Source of the DNA: Candidatus Thorarchaeota archaeon
GTDB taxonomy: Archaea; Asgardarchaeota; Thorarchaeia; Thorarchaeales; Thorarchaeaceae
Direction of reading: 5' to 3'
Assembly (NCBI GenBank): GCA_020348985.1
Contig: CP070761.1
Coordinates: 2,891,006 to 2,955,005, forward strand
Length of the DNA: 64,000 bases
Shown here: piece by piece, positions 1 to 10,023 of the stretch
How positions within the stretch are numbered: the first letter of the stretch is position 1
How the letters are laid out: each line of letters starts with the position of its first letter
Made by a program: the position numbers and the translations under genes
The notes under the pieces: generated by a model
Told to the model about the DNA's origin: nothing
What the model saw: the letters and a program-made list of their open reading frames with translations, nothing else
The model's database searches: none

Positions 1-517
1 TGATGTATCGCATCTCCCAAGAAAACGAGATTGGGATAATACCCATGAGGAACGAGCTCGCGATTGAGTATCCCCACTCGTCCTCGGTGTCTATTGCAGT
101 CGCTTCTTCGCTCCATGTAAGATTCATGTTCTCTGAAATGAAATCCCAATCGCCTGCTGGCATAACCATCATCGGCATGTCTTCCATAATGACTTCCGAA
201 TCGTTGAACCTCAAAAGTGTGCAATTAGCAGAGGGCATTTGCCTCGAATCATCAATTTGGGCCGGAATCTCACCTAGATGATCAACTCTAGCTATCACCC
301 GTTGCCCCTCCTCAACATCTGTCAAGAAAGGAGCGTAGCCACCGATATACTCCTGAAAGCTCGGATCCATTGTCTTTCTAAGCACCAAGTAGTGTATCTC
401 ATCTCCAATCTCGACCCCCCACTCAAGACTATGATTCGACTGCGACAACGCCAATCTCGACGTACTGGTTACAAGAACAAGAGATATGATTGCCAAGGAG
501 ACTATTCGCCGCATCAT
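1..517 (-). CDS. Secreted/membrane hypothetical protein (partial, runs off window start)
   Basis: Open minus-strand frame, translated by hand and absent from the ORF track: MMRRIVSLAIISLVLVTSTSRLALSQSNHSLEWGVEIGDEIHY... Signal-peptide-like N-terminus and no stop before position 1. Confidence 0.8.
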   Translation of the reverse strand, partial: MMRRIVSLAIISLVLVTSTSRLALSQSNHSLEWGVEIGDEIHYLVLRKTMDPSFQEYIGGYAPFLTDVEEGQRVIARVDHLGEIPAQIDDSRQMPSANCTLLRFNDSEVIMEDMPMMVMPAGDWDFISENMNLTWSEEATAIDTEDEWGYSIASSFLMGIIPISFSWEMRYI

Positions 518-620
518 CGGTCCTGGATAGAGTAGTTGGATGTCTTTAGAGTTTTGGCGAAGTCCAACACGTGTTGGGTCCGGCACATCAATGTTTTTCT
601 TAATCGATTTGTCTTCTCGT

Positions 621-1781
621 ATGAGTTCGATGGCCTCGACAGAAGACACCCTCAGTGCAGTCGAAAAGCATCTAGAGACTCATCCTGATGATGCAGCTGC
701 ATGGAACGTACGAGGAGTGCTTCTAGCAAACATGGAGTCTTTCGGTGAAGCATTGCGGTGTTTCGACAGATCCATCAGATTGGAATCAACGAGGCCCGAA
801 GCACATTTGAATCGAGGACGTGTCCTCCTCTCTCTAGGCGATGACAAGGCCATCGAGGCACTGAAGTCGTTTGATAGGGCCATGGAGCTGAAGCCGGGGG
901 ATCTCGACGTTCTGCGTGACAAGGCTCGTGCCCTTCGCATTCTTGGTCGTAGCAGAGAGGAACTTATGTGCTATGTGGCAATTGTCAAGATCTCTGCTGA
1001 CGAATGGCCAATCTGGCTTCGCATGGGCAATATATACCTAGAGTCGGGTCAGTTCGATCGGGCTCTCAAGCACTATGATCGTGCTCTCGCAATTGATGAG
1101 AAACTTGTTCCGGCATTGGTTCATAGAGCAGTTGCACTGTCAATGCTCAAAAGATGGAAGGACGCAATCAAGTCGGCAGAAGCGGCAACCAAGCTCTCGC
1201 CCGAGGACATTGAGACATGGAGGATTCTTGCTGATGCTAATCTGCGCGCTGGGAAATATAAGTCAGCAAAGAAAGCGTTGAAGAAGGCATCAGAGTTGGA
1301 TCCTGAGGATGCGGCTGTGGAACTGACACTTGGGATGGTTGAATACAAAGATGGCCGTCCGAAGGATGCAATCCGTCACTTCAAAAGAGCCCTGATTCGT
1401 AGAAAGAACTATCCTGCAGCCTGGCGGAACCTGGCAATGACCCACATGGAATTGGAAGAGTGGGATGAAGCCAGGATAGCGTGGGAGAAGCTAGTTTCCG
1501 TCGTCAAAGATGATCCAATGGTTTTCGATGCCCAAGCCACTACATACGCTAGACTAGATGACTTCTGTAGCGCGGCAGACGCATGGGAGTCGGCTCGCAA
1601 GCTGTACAAGAAGAAGGGCGATGCGGTAGAAGCTCAGCGAGTGACAAACCTCGGGCGTGCTGCAAGAATCAATTGCTCAAGGCAGAAGAAGGCAGCAAGA
1701 GCCCAACGAGAACACGACAAGGCAAAGCGCACATTCGACGACCGATTCGAATTACGTCGCAAGAAGAAAGACGACCAGTGA
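621..1781 (+). CDS. Tetratricopeptide repeat protein
   Basis: About 10 TPR-like units (AAAWNVRGVLL...A...F..., WLRMGNIYLESG.F..AL..Y) and a basic C-terminal tail. ATG 621 preferred over the track start at 540. Confidence 0.9.
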   Translation: MSSMASTEDTLSAVEKHLETHPDDAAAWNVRGVLLANMESFGEALRCFDRSIRLESTRPEAHLNRGRVLLSLGDDKAIEALKSFDRAMELKPGDLDVLRDKARALRILGRSREELMCYVAIVKISADEWPIWLRMGNIYLESGQFDRALKHYDRALAIDEKLVPALVHRAVALSMLKRWKDAIKSAEAATKLSPEDIETWRILADANLRAGKYKSAKKALKKASELDPEDAAVELTLGMVEYKDGRPKDAIRHFKRALIRRKNYPAAWRNLAMTHMELEEWDEARIAWEKLVSVVKDDPMVFDAQATTYARLDDFCSAADAWESARKLYKKKGDAVEAQRVTNLGRAARINCSRQKKAARAQREHDKAKRTFDDRFELRRKKKDDQ

Positions 1782-1960
1782 TATCCACAAAGGACCTATT
1801 GACGTTATGAAAGCAAGTTTTTAATTGAGTATGATACCAATTTGTAAAGACCAGAGATACGTGGTAGACTCTCAAGCACAGCTCCCCTTTTGCACGCCCT
1901 TTTCTTCCTATATTACACAAAACCGCAATCCTCAAACACAATCGATTCAGCCTGTCGAAT

Positions 1961-2851
1961 ATGCCGGACTCAGATGACAGGCCTGTAAGATATGCGACCC
2001 GTGATTCAGATGGGTTCTTCGAGCCCCCATTCCCTGTAGATCCGGTGGCCCTAACCAAGCAGACCAGAAAAACGGTTTGCATGAAGAAGGATCGTGTCGT
2101 TTATAGGAAGTATACAAAGTTCTATGCAGTCGGTGTTTACGGTGGCATTGCCACCGCATATTCTGTAGGCTGCAATCTCCGCTGCGTCTTCTGCTGGGTG
2201 GACTGGTCACGAGACTGGCCTGAAGAATATGGTGAATTCTACTCGCCTTCCCAAGTCTACTCCAATCTCCGCAATATTATGAAAGTCCAGGCTTTGAGGA
2301 GAGCACGTGTCAGCGGTGCTGAACCAACGCTATGTCCTGACCATCTCTGTGGCATTCTTGCTCTCGTTAATCAGGACGCCAATGAATTCGACTTATTCGT
2401 GATAGAGACCAATGGTGTGGTCTTGGCTACAGAACCCGACCTGGCCTCTCGTCTTGCGCAGTACGCATCTCGAAGAGACAGGGAAACTGTTGGACACGTT
2501 CGGCTTTCAATCAGGGGCGGGCAGCGTGATGCATTCGAGGAGAAGACAGGTTGCGCCAAGGAATTCCTAGACCTGCCTTTTGTGGCCGTGGAGAGGCTCT
2601 GGGATGCGGGAGTATCCTTCCATGTGGCGGTAGTTGTTGACTCGAGATTCACCTCCGAGCAAGAGAAAGAGGCGACATATTCGCGTCTTGCAGAGATTGA
2701 CCCATCTATTCTTAGAAACGTGGAGGAGGAGACCCTTGACCCATATCCCCATGCCCTTGTACGTTTGAGAGCTGTGGGCAGGGAAGACATTGTGGGGAAG
2801 GAGATATCGGGAAGGGAACGAAGTGTACTGCGGAAAAGGCCCCGCGAGTGA
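1961..2851 (+). CDS. Radical SAM protein, uncharacterised archaeal family
   Basis: CxxxCxxC (GCNLRCVFCW), SGAEPT and IETNG motifs. Confidence 0.85.
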   Translation: MPDSDDRPVRYATRDSDGFFEPPFPVDPVALTKQTRKTVCMKKDRVVYRKYTKFYAVGVYGGIATAYSVGCNLRCVFCWVDWSRDWPEEYGEFYSPSQVYSNLRNIMKVQALRRARVSGAEPTLCPDHLCGILALVNQDANEFDLFVIETNGVVLATEPDLASRLAQYASRRDRETVGHVRLSIRGGQRDAFEEKTGCAKEFLDLPFVAVERLWDAGVSFHVAVVVDSRFTSEQEKEATYSRLAEIDPSILRNVEEETLDPYPHALVRLRAVGREDIVGKEISGRERSVLRKRPRE

Positions 2852-2853
2852 GC

Positions 2854-3198
2854 CTAGATCGTCCAAAGTAAGCCGCCATGACTATCCAATGTTTCGTCTG
2901 CAAACTCGTTTGCTTTCTCCGCAGCTTCGTACTGTCCCATCTTCGAGAACAAGTCGCCCATCTTTTGCCACTCCTCAGGTCTTTCCGATCTCATTTTCGT
3001 TACTTGTGCTACAGCCTCATAGGCTCTGAATGGACCTCCATACTTCGTCACGACCTGACCATAATACACCCAGCCGTCATAGTTGTCGTTCTTCAGTGAA
3101 AGGGCGTAGCTAGTGTGTTAAAGAATGATGGTTGGTAGGATAAACGGAAGGATTGCTGGAAAGGCGCCGAGAAAGATGAATGGCACAAGATACAGCAT
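2854..3198 (-). pseudogene. Possible disrupted TM+TPR gene (in-frame TAA at 3118-3120)
   Basis: One frame reads MLYLVPFIFLGAFPAILPFILPTIIL*HTSYALSLKNDNYDGWVYYGQV...EEWQKMGDLFSKMGQYEAAEKA, i.e. a hydrophobic helix, a stop, then TPR-like sequence. Confidence 0.5.
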
Positions 3199-3292
3199 TG
3201 TGAGACATCCTTTGTCTTTCTTCTATTAAACGTCCCCCAGTTGAACAGCTACACTGTGTTTTCAAGGCCTAAGACTTCGCTTCTTGTTGCAC

Positions 3293-4099
3293 TCAGGGCT
3301 CATCGAAGATGAGAGACTCGATTAGATGCTCAATAGAGAATCTCCCCTCAGTCATTTCCATATACCATGGCGCTTCAAAGCTAAAGTGACTCACGATTTC
3401 ATCTATTGTCCTTCCTTTATCGTGCAAAGCCTTGGACTCTCTTCGGACATCTTTTAGGAAGTCGATGCGAGTCTGAATGTAGTCTTGGGGGTCCACTACA
3501 GGGCCTCTATGAGCATCGAAGAGAACCTCAAGATTCAGGTCTAGAATCTTCTCCATTGTGGATACTATTTGAACCACATTCTCACAATCCATTGCAATCC
3601 TTTTTCTGCTTGGCAATGGGACCGCGTCGGAAGAGAAGAGCCAACCTCGGTCCTTTTCATAGAAGCCAACCATTAGATCCGGACTATGACCAGGAAGTGT
3701 GATTACCTCGAACGTCATGTCGCCGACAGAAAAGTCGTCAGGCATAACCTCGATTTTTGAAACTGGGGGAATTGAACCCCAAACGTAGGCAAAAAACTCG
3801 TTCTTCTCGGGTGGGTCTTTCAGAATCGGAATCTGGTTCTCGCGAGCGAAGATCGTTGCCTGCTGTGAAAGCAGTGCACATGTCCCGACATGATCTTCGT
3901 GAGTATGCGTCACGTAGACCCTGTCAACCCCAACTTCTCGTGCATACGCCCACAGTTCTTCTTTTGCATTTCCACATCCCGCATCGATCAGAGTCTTGTC
4001 AATCAAGTACGAATAAACCCACATTATGGCATTTCCAGCCATCTCTGTTGCTGTCTTCACACAAGTGACTTTGTCGTCGAATGCCTCAATTTCAAACAT
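3293..4099 (-). CDS. MBL-fold metallo-hydrolase
   Basis: THTHEDH, PGHS, SSDA and AHRG motifs. Confidence 0.9.
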   Translation of the reverse strand: MFEIEAFDDKVTCVKTATEMAGNAIMWVYSYLIDKTLIDAGCGNAKEELWAYAREVGVDRVYVTHTHEDHVGTCALLSQQATIFARENQIPILKDPPEKNEFFAYVWGSIPPVSKIEVMPDDFSVGDMTFEVITLPGHSPDLMVGFYEKDRGWLFSSDAVPLPSRKRIAMDCENVVQIVSTMEKILDLNLEVLFDAHRGPVVDPQDYIQTRIDFLKDVRRESKALHDKGRTIDEIVSHFSFEAPWYMEMTEGRFSIEHLIESLIFDEP

Positions 4100-4163
4100 T
4101 GCAGGCCACCAAGTCAGTACACCCTAATTGGCTTCTTCGGTTCGGCAGTACCAAGCAGGTCAT

Positions 4164-5294
4164 TTATGCGGCCTGGCCTCGATCTACGAGCACGGGCGGA
4201 GCGAATTTCCTCAAACGCCTCAGTCCCACGACCTTCTCTCGTCTTCCCATCTTGGCATCGTTAACGACGGTTTCCATGAACTGGATGGCTTCATCATACT
4301 CCTTTCTTGGGACCGGGAATGGCACTCCATCCTTGCCACCGAAGGCGAATGTCATTCTTACAGGGTCGGCCCATGAAGGGGCGGAGCCATAGATCATCTC
4401 AGCAATCAAAGATAGTCCCCTGATTGTCGCGGGTCCTATGCCGTCAAGGAACAGTAGGTCCTCGTATTTTGACGGGTCAAGGTCATAGGCTCTACGAACT
4501 GCATTCCAGTCCATTCTTGTTGGAACGACCTTGTATGACGGAAGTTGAATCATAGACGAATCGCCTTCAATCCAAGGAATCAAAGTATTACTACCATACG
4601 ATTTGATGTCCTCGAAGTGTCTTCTTATCCTAAGGGGGCCGTCTCCGATAACGTCCAGTGTTGTCTTCCTACAATCCTCCGAGTCCCTAGATGTGAGATC
4701 GAGAGTTGAGCGTTTGACCTCTTTCGAGATTATTCCTGAATGAGGTTCCTCGATGAAGCTTCTAACATCCTCTGAAATCCAATGGTATCTTCGGGCATCG
4801 GTTGTCTTAGTGTCCATTCCCTGCTGAACGACTGCCCAATTTTCGTCAGAATCGACAAAGAAGACATGCTGGTAGAGTTGGTATCCATCCTGCACGGCAG
4901 CATTGTCAACTTTCGCCACGGCTTTGCTGACCTCACCAAGGGCGGCCCCATCCAGTCCGAAGTCCTCCAACGCCCTAAGCTTCTCGGGGACTCTTAGTGA
5001 GGCAAGACCCTTGCCGCCGGTAGCTACGATCCCATGTCTTTCGAAAGTCAAGACCGACCTGAGAACACCACACGTCACCGTTGTCGAACCAGAGCTGTCC
5101 CAATCATATCCAAGAACATTCGAAAGCGCCTGGAACCAAACGGGATCTGAGAGCCGTCCCAAAAGCTCCTGTGTGCCATATTCTTCTGTTACGAGCTCGC
5201 ACAGAGCGCCTGCCATCGGCATCATTCGTTTGACGAGCCAATGAGGTGCTTTCCCTGGATGTAGCTTTAGGTCAGCAACACCTGCCCGTTTCAC
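4164..5294 (-). CDS. DUF763 family protein
   Basis: DLKLH.GKAP.WL, DWDSSGSTT, AVQDGYQLY, ARRYHW and GGKDGVPFPV motifs. Confidence 0.85.
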   Translation of the reverse strand: MKRAGVADLKLHPGKAPHWLVKRMMPMAGALCELVTEEYGTQELLGRLSDPVWFQALSNVLGYDWDSSGSTTVTCGVLRSVLTFERHGIVATGGKGLASLRVPEKLRALEDFGLDGAALGEVSKAVAKVDNAAVQDGYQLYQHVFFVDSDENWAVVQQGMDTKTTDARRYHWISEDVRSFIEEPHSGIISKEVKRSTLDLTSRDSEDCRKTTLDVIGDGPLRIRRHFEDIKSYGSNTLIPWIEGDSSMIQLPSYKVVPTRMDWNAVRRAYDLDPSKYEDLLFLDGIGPATIRGLSLIAEMIYGSAPSWADPVRMTFAFGGKDGVPFPVPRKEYDEAIQFMETVVNDAKMGRREKVVGLRRLRKFAPPVLVDRGQAA

Positions 5295-5329
5295 GATTCC
5301 ACACGCTCGCTCGTTGTGACTCTTCTAAT

Positions 5330-5668
5330 CTAAACAAGGGAAGCGTGAATCTTCTGAAGCCTCTTCAGATTCGCTTCACCTGAGCTGTGCACCTTGTCAC
5401 ATGGAAAATCGCCACAATGCGCGCAAGTCTCAACTCCACGCTCACTACCACAACTACGCAAAGGACAATCTGCACACCACTTGAAGTGAGGCCCGTCCGG
5501 CGAAGTGCAGTATGTACAATTCACGTCGTCGACGGACACTGGGAATTCTGGGCTGTTCCACTTGTCAACAGTCTGCTCTCGAATTGAGTTGTCATCTGTC
5601 TCCAAAGCAATGCGAGCCGGGCATTCGGCACAATCAAGTCCACAATATGCAATCAACTTGGCTGACAT
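5330..5668 (-). CDS. DUF3795 Cys-rich protein
   Basis: IAYCGLDCAECP...C..C...C..CP.R.C...CAHC.DFPC pattern. Confidence 0.85.
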   Translation of the reverse strand: MSAKLIAYCGLDCAECPARIALETDDNSIREQTVDKWNSPEFPVSVDDVNCTYCTSPDGPHFKWCADCPLRSCGSERGVETCAHCGDFPCDKVHSSGEANLKRLQKIHASLV

Positions 5669-5722
5669 GGCATACTAGTGTGTATTTGAAATCTATAAAA
5701 GCTGAACAGATAGCCGAAAGTA

Positions 5723-6412
5723 CTACTTGGGCAACCTTTTGCTTCCTTCTCTTATTGCGATCTTCGCCATCCTGTCTTTATGTATGCGGATGAATATTCT
5801 GACTAACTCTGGTTCGCGATAACTTAGCTCCCTGAGAACCCATCCCACTGCCTTGGCTATGAAAAACTCATGGTCATCAAGATGAGGAAGAAGTGATTCG
5901 AGAATCATGTCATTGTACTCTGGCTTGTGATACCTCTTCTTTCCTAATTGCACATACGGCACAATCGTTGCTCTTCTACGCCAGAAATTCTCGCTCTTTC
6001 GCCAATCCTCGAAGAGATCTTGAACAGCTCTGTCTCGCATAATCAGATTTCCGAGACACACTATGCAGAGGGGGTCGATAATTGACCAAGTGTCTGCATC
6101 GTCAATCCACCTCGTAATCAGCTCCAATGCGGAACTAATGTCTCCCTCCCGTGTGTAACGTTCCATTACCTCTATGGCTGCAAGGCGATAGTCGAAGACC
6201 TCATTCTTCCATAGCTTCTTCATTAGCGGAATCAGTGCATCTGTCTCAACTGACCGAATATGCTTGCGAGTGACCTTGCGTGCCTCAGTCACAGATACAC
6301 CGAGAAAACGCAGATTTGAGGTTTTCATGTAGCTAGCAACCATCTTTCCCTTCTCAAGGTCTGCGCGGCTGCCTAGGTCGTCGATGATTGCGGACGCCGT
6401 ATCCGAGCTCAT
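5723..6412 (-). CDS. DNA alkylation repair protein (AlkD-like, HEAT repeats)
   Basis: YMK...FLGV, W..ID, W..SENFW.RR and FFIAKAVGWVLRE motifs. Confidence 0.85.
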   Translation of the reverse strand: MSSDTASAIIDDLGSRADLEKGKMVASYMKTSNLRFLGVSVTEARKVTRKHIRSVETDALIPLMKKLWKNEVFDYRLAAIEVMERYTREGDISSALELITRWIDDADTWSIIDPLCIVCLGNLIMRDRAVQDLFEDWRKSENFWRRRATIVPYVQLGKKRYHKPEYNDMILESLLPHLDDHEFFIAKAVGWVLRELSYREPELVRIFIRIHKDRMAKIAIREGSKRLPK

Positions 6413-6533
6413 TGGGCTTTTCCACTTCCGTTGAGTTATGAATCCTTCTCAAACTGCTTGCCAAGCAAGCCTTTTATTGAAAACCAAAGAAGAGTATCCA
6501 GTTGATGTTTCTGGATGAACTCTCAATTCAGAA

Positions 6534-7079
6534 GTGGTAGTTATGTCTGAGATTGCCGAATGGAAAGAAGCAGTTGGATACGACGTGTTCCTAGCAAATG
6601 CACGTGAAAATGTTGAGCTAATGAAGGCTCGGTTCAATGACGTCATGTTGAACGAGACAGAAGAGGAGCTTCTCATGAGCATCAAGAATGAGATCAAGAT
6701 ACTTGTAATCGGCACAGACAGATGCAACGACACGGCAGGAAACCTACCAGTACTTGCAAGAATGGTCTCCATCTCGCCAAAGGTTGAGCTACGCATTCTT
6801 GATAGCGATAGCAATTCGAGGCTGCATCAAGAGTTCAGCGTCAACGGCAAGAGGAAGACGCCCGTTGTGCTATTCCTCAGCAATGAACTCAAGGAATTAT
6901 GCAGATGGATAGAGCGACCCAATGCCGCCTATAAGATAATGAACGAGAATGACCTTTCACTTGAGGACAGACGAAAGAAGCTCAAACGGCTCTACAGCGA
7001 CCCTGAGATTCTTCGGCAGAGTCTGGGAGAGTTGCTTGATCTTCTCTATCGAGCGGACCTTCTCCTAGGACGAAGATGA
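6534..7079 (+). CDS. Thioredoxin-like protein (single-Cys CxD type)
   Basis: ILVIGTDRCNDT...LPVL, NGKRKTP and WIERP motifs. The start may be ATG 6543. Confidence 0.75.
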   Translation: MVVMSEIAEWKEAVGYDVFLANARENVELMKARFNDVMLNETEEELLMSIKNEIKILVIGTDRCNDTAGNLPVLARMVSISPKVELRILDSDSNSRLHQEFSVNGKRKTPVVLFLSNELKELCRWIERPNAAYKIMNENDLSLEDRRKKLKRLYSDPEILRQSLGELLDLLYRADLLLGRR

Positions 7080-7957
7080 GAATGACAGACCGCACCAGGG
7101 GTGATTCTGAGGGATCAGACAGAGTCAAGCGTATGATTGAGACTTACGCCGCTCGATACGACGATCCTTTCTGGAATGCTCTTACAGAGCTCATAGAAAC
7201 AACGCCAAGGAACCGAATCGTGGACTTTGGTTGTGGCCCTGGGTTGTTTTTGATCGATGCAGCCTGGAAGTATAGAGCAAAGTGGGTTTACGGTTTTGAT
7301 TCGAGTCCCGAGATGCTTGGCCGGGCAAACGAATTCTTGAGTGAAAGGCTCAAGGACTGCAAATACGAAGTGGAAGGCCTAGATGTCAATGTAGCTCCGA
7401 TCCCACTGCCTGACAAGAGCATAGACCTTGCCTTCTCAGGCTTCTTTCTTCACGAACTCTCGAATCCAAGAGATCATGTGTCGCAGGTATACAAAGTCTT
7501 GAGCGACGCTGGAGTCTATGCGATCTATGATTTCATCTCCGGAAATGAAGAGTCATTCGTAGAGCGAATGATTGCCACAGGTTGGAGCGAGGAGCGGGCT
7601 CGTGACAGATACCCTTCAATGTGTAAACACTCGCTTGAAGACATAGAATCACTCCTGAAGTCTTCAGGATTTCAGATTATCAAGTCAAACCGAATCGAAG
7701 ATATCCGGGCAATCGTTGTCGGCGCGAAACAGGCTGGTCCAGGTACTGAAAGATCAAACACCTCGATGCGCCATCGGTCTCCTTGGGCCTACGACGACTC
7801 GGATATCAGATGTCCCCGATGTACGAGTCACAAGATCATCAGGTGCCATGATAGATGGGCGACTTCAAGAGGAGTCCAGATGTTTGAATGCACTACATGT
7901 GGAAAGAGGTTTGTTGATAGGGGATACGACGATTATCTTCCGACGTTTATTCGATAG
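7076..7957 (+). CDS. Class I SAM-dependent methyltransferase with C-terminal Zn-ribbon
   Basis: VDFGCGPG, FDSSPEML and LHEL motifs, with C-terminal CPRC...CTTC. Confidence 0.85.
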   Translation: MRMTDRTRGDSEGSDRVKRMIETYAARYDDPFWNALTELIETTPRNRIVDFGCGPGLFLIDAAWKYRAKWVYGFDSSPEMLGRANEFLSERLKDCKYEVEGLDVNVAPIPLPDKSIDLAFSGFFLHELSNPRDHVSQVYKVLSDAGVYAIYDFISGNEESFVERMIATGWSEERARDRYPSMCKHSLEDIESLLKSSGFQIIKSNRIEDIRAIVVGAKQAGPGTERSNTSMRHRSPWAYDDSDIRCPRCTSHKIIRCHDRWATSRGVQMFECTTCGKRFVDRGYDDYLPTFIR

Positions 7958-8020
7958 ATAGTAGTTCTTATTGGCACGTAGTGTAAAGAGAATTAGAAGC
8001 AGGCGAGCGATGTGGCATCG

Positions 8021-9136
8021 ATGTCTCAGGTCATCAAGTACCCCTTTTCAAGAGATGCACGAGAGGCATCAAGAAAACTCGCGAACGATATCAGGAGTCT
8101 GACTTCACTTCTAGAAGATCCTGGCAATGAGTATATCATAGAAGAAGCGGAGTATCGGGTGCTTGCAGCGCTAGATCAGGAAGAAGTGCCCCTCAAAAAC
8201 ATCTCTGATCAAAAGGAGGTCCTAGTCTATCCAACATCTAGAATCATCGTTGAAAAGATCGGAGCCCCGAGGCTTCGTGAATATCAAGCAGAGGCCGAAT
8301 CGAAGGCTGTCAACAAGCATCTTGCCGGCGAGAGCAACGAGTTTTTGATGGGGCTTGCCGAGTCTTCATTTGAGTGGAAAACAGAGTCCACTGGCACGAT
8401 TTCTGAAAGGGCCAGGCTTCCAGCCGCCATAAGACGCTTCGATTTCAGAATGCGGTATGAGGACTATCTCGAGGTGGCCCCGGACTTCCATGCTTCTGAA
8501 TGGAAGCTAGTCAATCGTGCTATCAGCTCGGGCTGGGTTCTAATAACAAAATCAGAGCTTGCCCGATTGATGTCTGGCAAGTTCAAGCAGATAATCATTG
8601 ACAGTCGTCTTGAGGTGCCAACCCTACCTGCAAGGCTTACTGAGGCGGTCCAGAGAATCGAGAGTGAAGTGAGCACGAAGATCAAGAAGACAGAGCCGAT
8701 CAAATTCACTACGAAGGTGACCTCAGCATTCCCTCCTTGCATCGCTCAGATGCACAACGACTCCATACAAGGAAAGAATCTGCCCCATGAGGCCCGATTC
8801 GCACTTGCAGCTTTCTTGCTCAGAATCGGAATGAGTGAAGAGGAGGTACTGGGTGTTTTCAGACCGGCCCCAGACTTCGCTCGTGGTCTGGCAGACTACC
8901 AAGTTCGTCACATTGCTTCAAAGGAGGGCGGCCAAGGCTACAACCCGCCAGGATGCAGAAAGATGCAGATCAATGGCATCTGCCCAGTTGAGATAGGAGA
9001 GGTATTTGATCCACTCTGTGAGTATGTCCTACATCCGCTGAATTTCTACGAAACAAGGGTCTGGGAGATTTCAAAGAACATAGTTAATCGGTCTTGGTAT
9101 GCGGCAAAGAAGAAGAGAAGACAGAAGTTCCGATGA
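8021..9136 (+). CDS. priL: DNA primase large subunit
   Basis: KYPF N-terminus, WKLVNR...GWV, and an Fe-S domain FPPC..., H.ARF, Y.PPGC..M...C...C...HPL. Confidence 0.92.
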   Translation: MSQVIKYPFSRDAREASRKLANDIRSLTSLLEDPGNEYIIEEAEYRVLAALDQEEVPLKNISDQKEVLVYPTSRIIVEKIGAPRLREYQAEAESKAVNKHLAGESNEFLMGLAESSFEWKTESTGTISERARLPAAIRRFDFRMRYEDYLEVAPDFHASEWKLVNRAISSGWVLITKSELARLMSGKFKQIIIDSRLEVPTLPARLTEAVQRIESEVSTKIKKTEPIKFTTKVTSAFPPCIAQMHNDSIQGKNLPHEARFALAAFLLRIGMSEEEVLGVFRPAPDFARGLADYQVRHIASKEGGQGYNPPGCRKMQINGICPVEIGEVFDPLCEYVLHPLNFYETRVWEISKNIVNRSWYAAKKKRRQKFR

Positions 9137-9142
9137 CCATCA

Positions 9143-9979
9143 TCATCCTCGATAGGTCTTACGAGTATAGTAGTACAGATATTCCTGGGCATAGCCTGCG
9201 TACTTTCCGAAGTAGCTTCTGGCAGCCTTGGATTTCTTTTGGTAGGATTTCCCGCTCTCGGTGAAAATCCCATAATGCTTCTGGATGACTCTTTCAATCC
9301 AAACATCAATTGGGAACGCTTCCAGATGTCCGAGCGAGAACAAGCAAACACAGTCAGCCACCTTGTCTCCAACACCATGAAGTGTCTTTAGTGACTCGTG
9401 AGCTGTATCGTAGTCCATCTGTCTGAGTTCATCCTCAGTTATCTGCCCGTCTACTATTGATTTGGTGGAGCGGACTATGAAGTTTGCTCGCCATGCAAGG
9501 TCTAGACTCTCCAATTCTGAGACTGTGGCTCTCGAAAGCGGTTCGGGCAAAGGCATTCCATAGAAGGTCTTCCCCCGGAATTCGTATTTGGGTCCCCATC
9601 TTTCCCTGATGCCCTGAGTCATTCTCTTTATAGATGGAATATTATTTCGCGTGGAACACAGAAATGATACCAAGCATGGGAAGAAGGGGTCACTTACAAT
9701 TCTGAGACCGGGGGCAAAGTTAATGCTTATCCTCATTAGCCCGTCCTTGGCGATATCATCCTTGATTTCACCAACAGGATCATCGAAACGAATCAGTTCG
9801 CCGATATCAACATTCCCTGACGCAGACTCGTAATGCAGGTATTCGTCCTTCTGTTCAACATAGACGATATCACCAAAATCTGCGTTGATATAGCCATCTC
9901 CCTCTCTTACCCAACAGAATGTCTGCCCACATTCCATTGTGTCCATGAGGTTGAAGTCGCTTACTCGTATTCTATTCAT
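9143..9979 (-). CDS. ogg1: 8-oxoguanine DNA glycosylase, OGG1 type
   Basis: ECGQTFCW N-domain, S.RNNI..I, HhH LHGVGDKVADC, FPIDVW and YAGYAQEYLY. Confidence 0.88.
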   Translation of the reverse strand: MNRIRVSDFNLMDTMECGQTFCWVREGDGYINADFGDIVYVEQKDEYLHYESASGNVDIGELIRFDDPVGEIKDDIAKDGLMRISINFAPGLRIVSDPFFPCLVSFLCSTRNNIPSIKRMTQGIRERWGPKYEFRGKTFYGMPLPEPLSRATVSELESLDLAWRANFIVRSTKSIVDGQITEDELRQMDYDTAHESLKTLHGVGDKVADCVCLFSLGHLEAFPIDVWIERVIQKHYGIFTESGKSYQKKSKAARSYFGKYAGYAQEYLYYYTRKTYRG

Positions 9980-10023
9980 CAGACTACTCGACCCGGCCGT
10001 GAGAGAAGAACATTGCGCTATGG

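Noticed and set aside
3-535. Plus-strand ORFs 3-281 and 278-535
   Set aside because: They are shadows of the minus-strand secreted-protein gene at 1-517.
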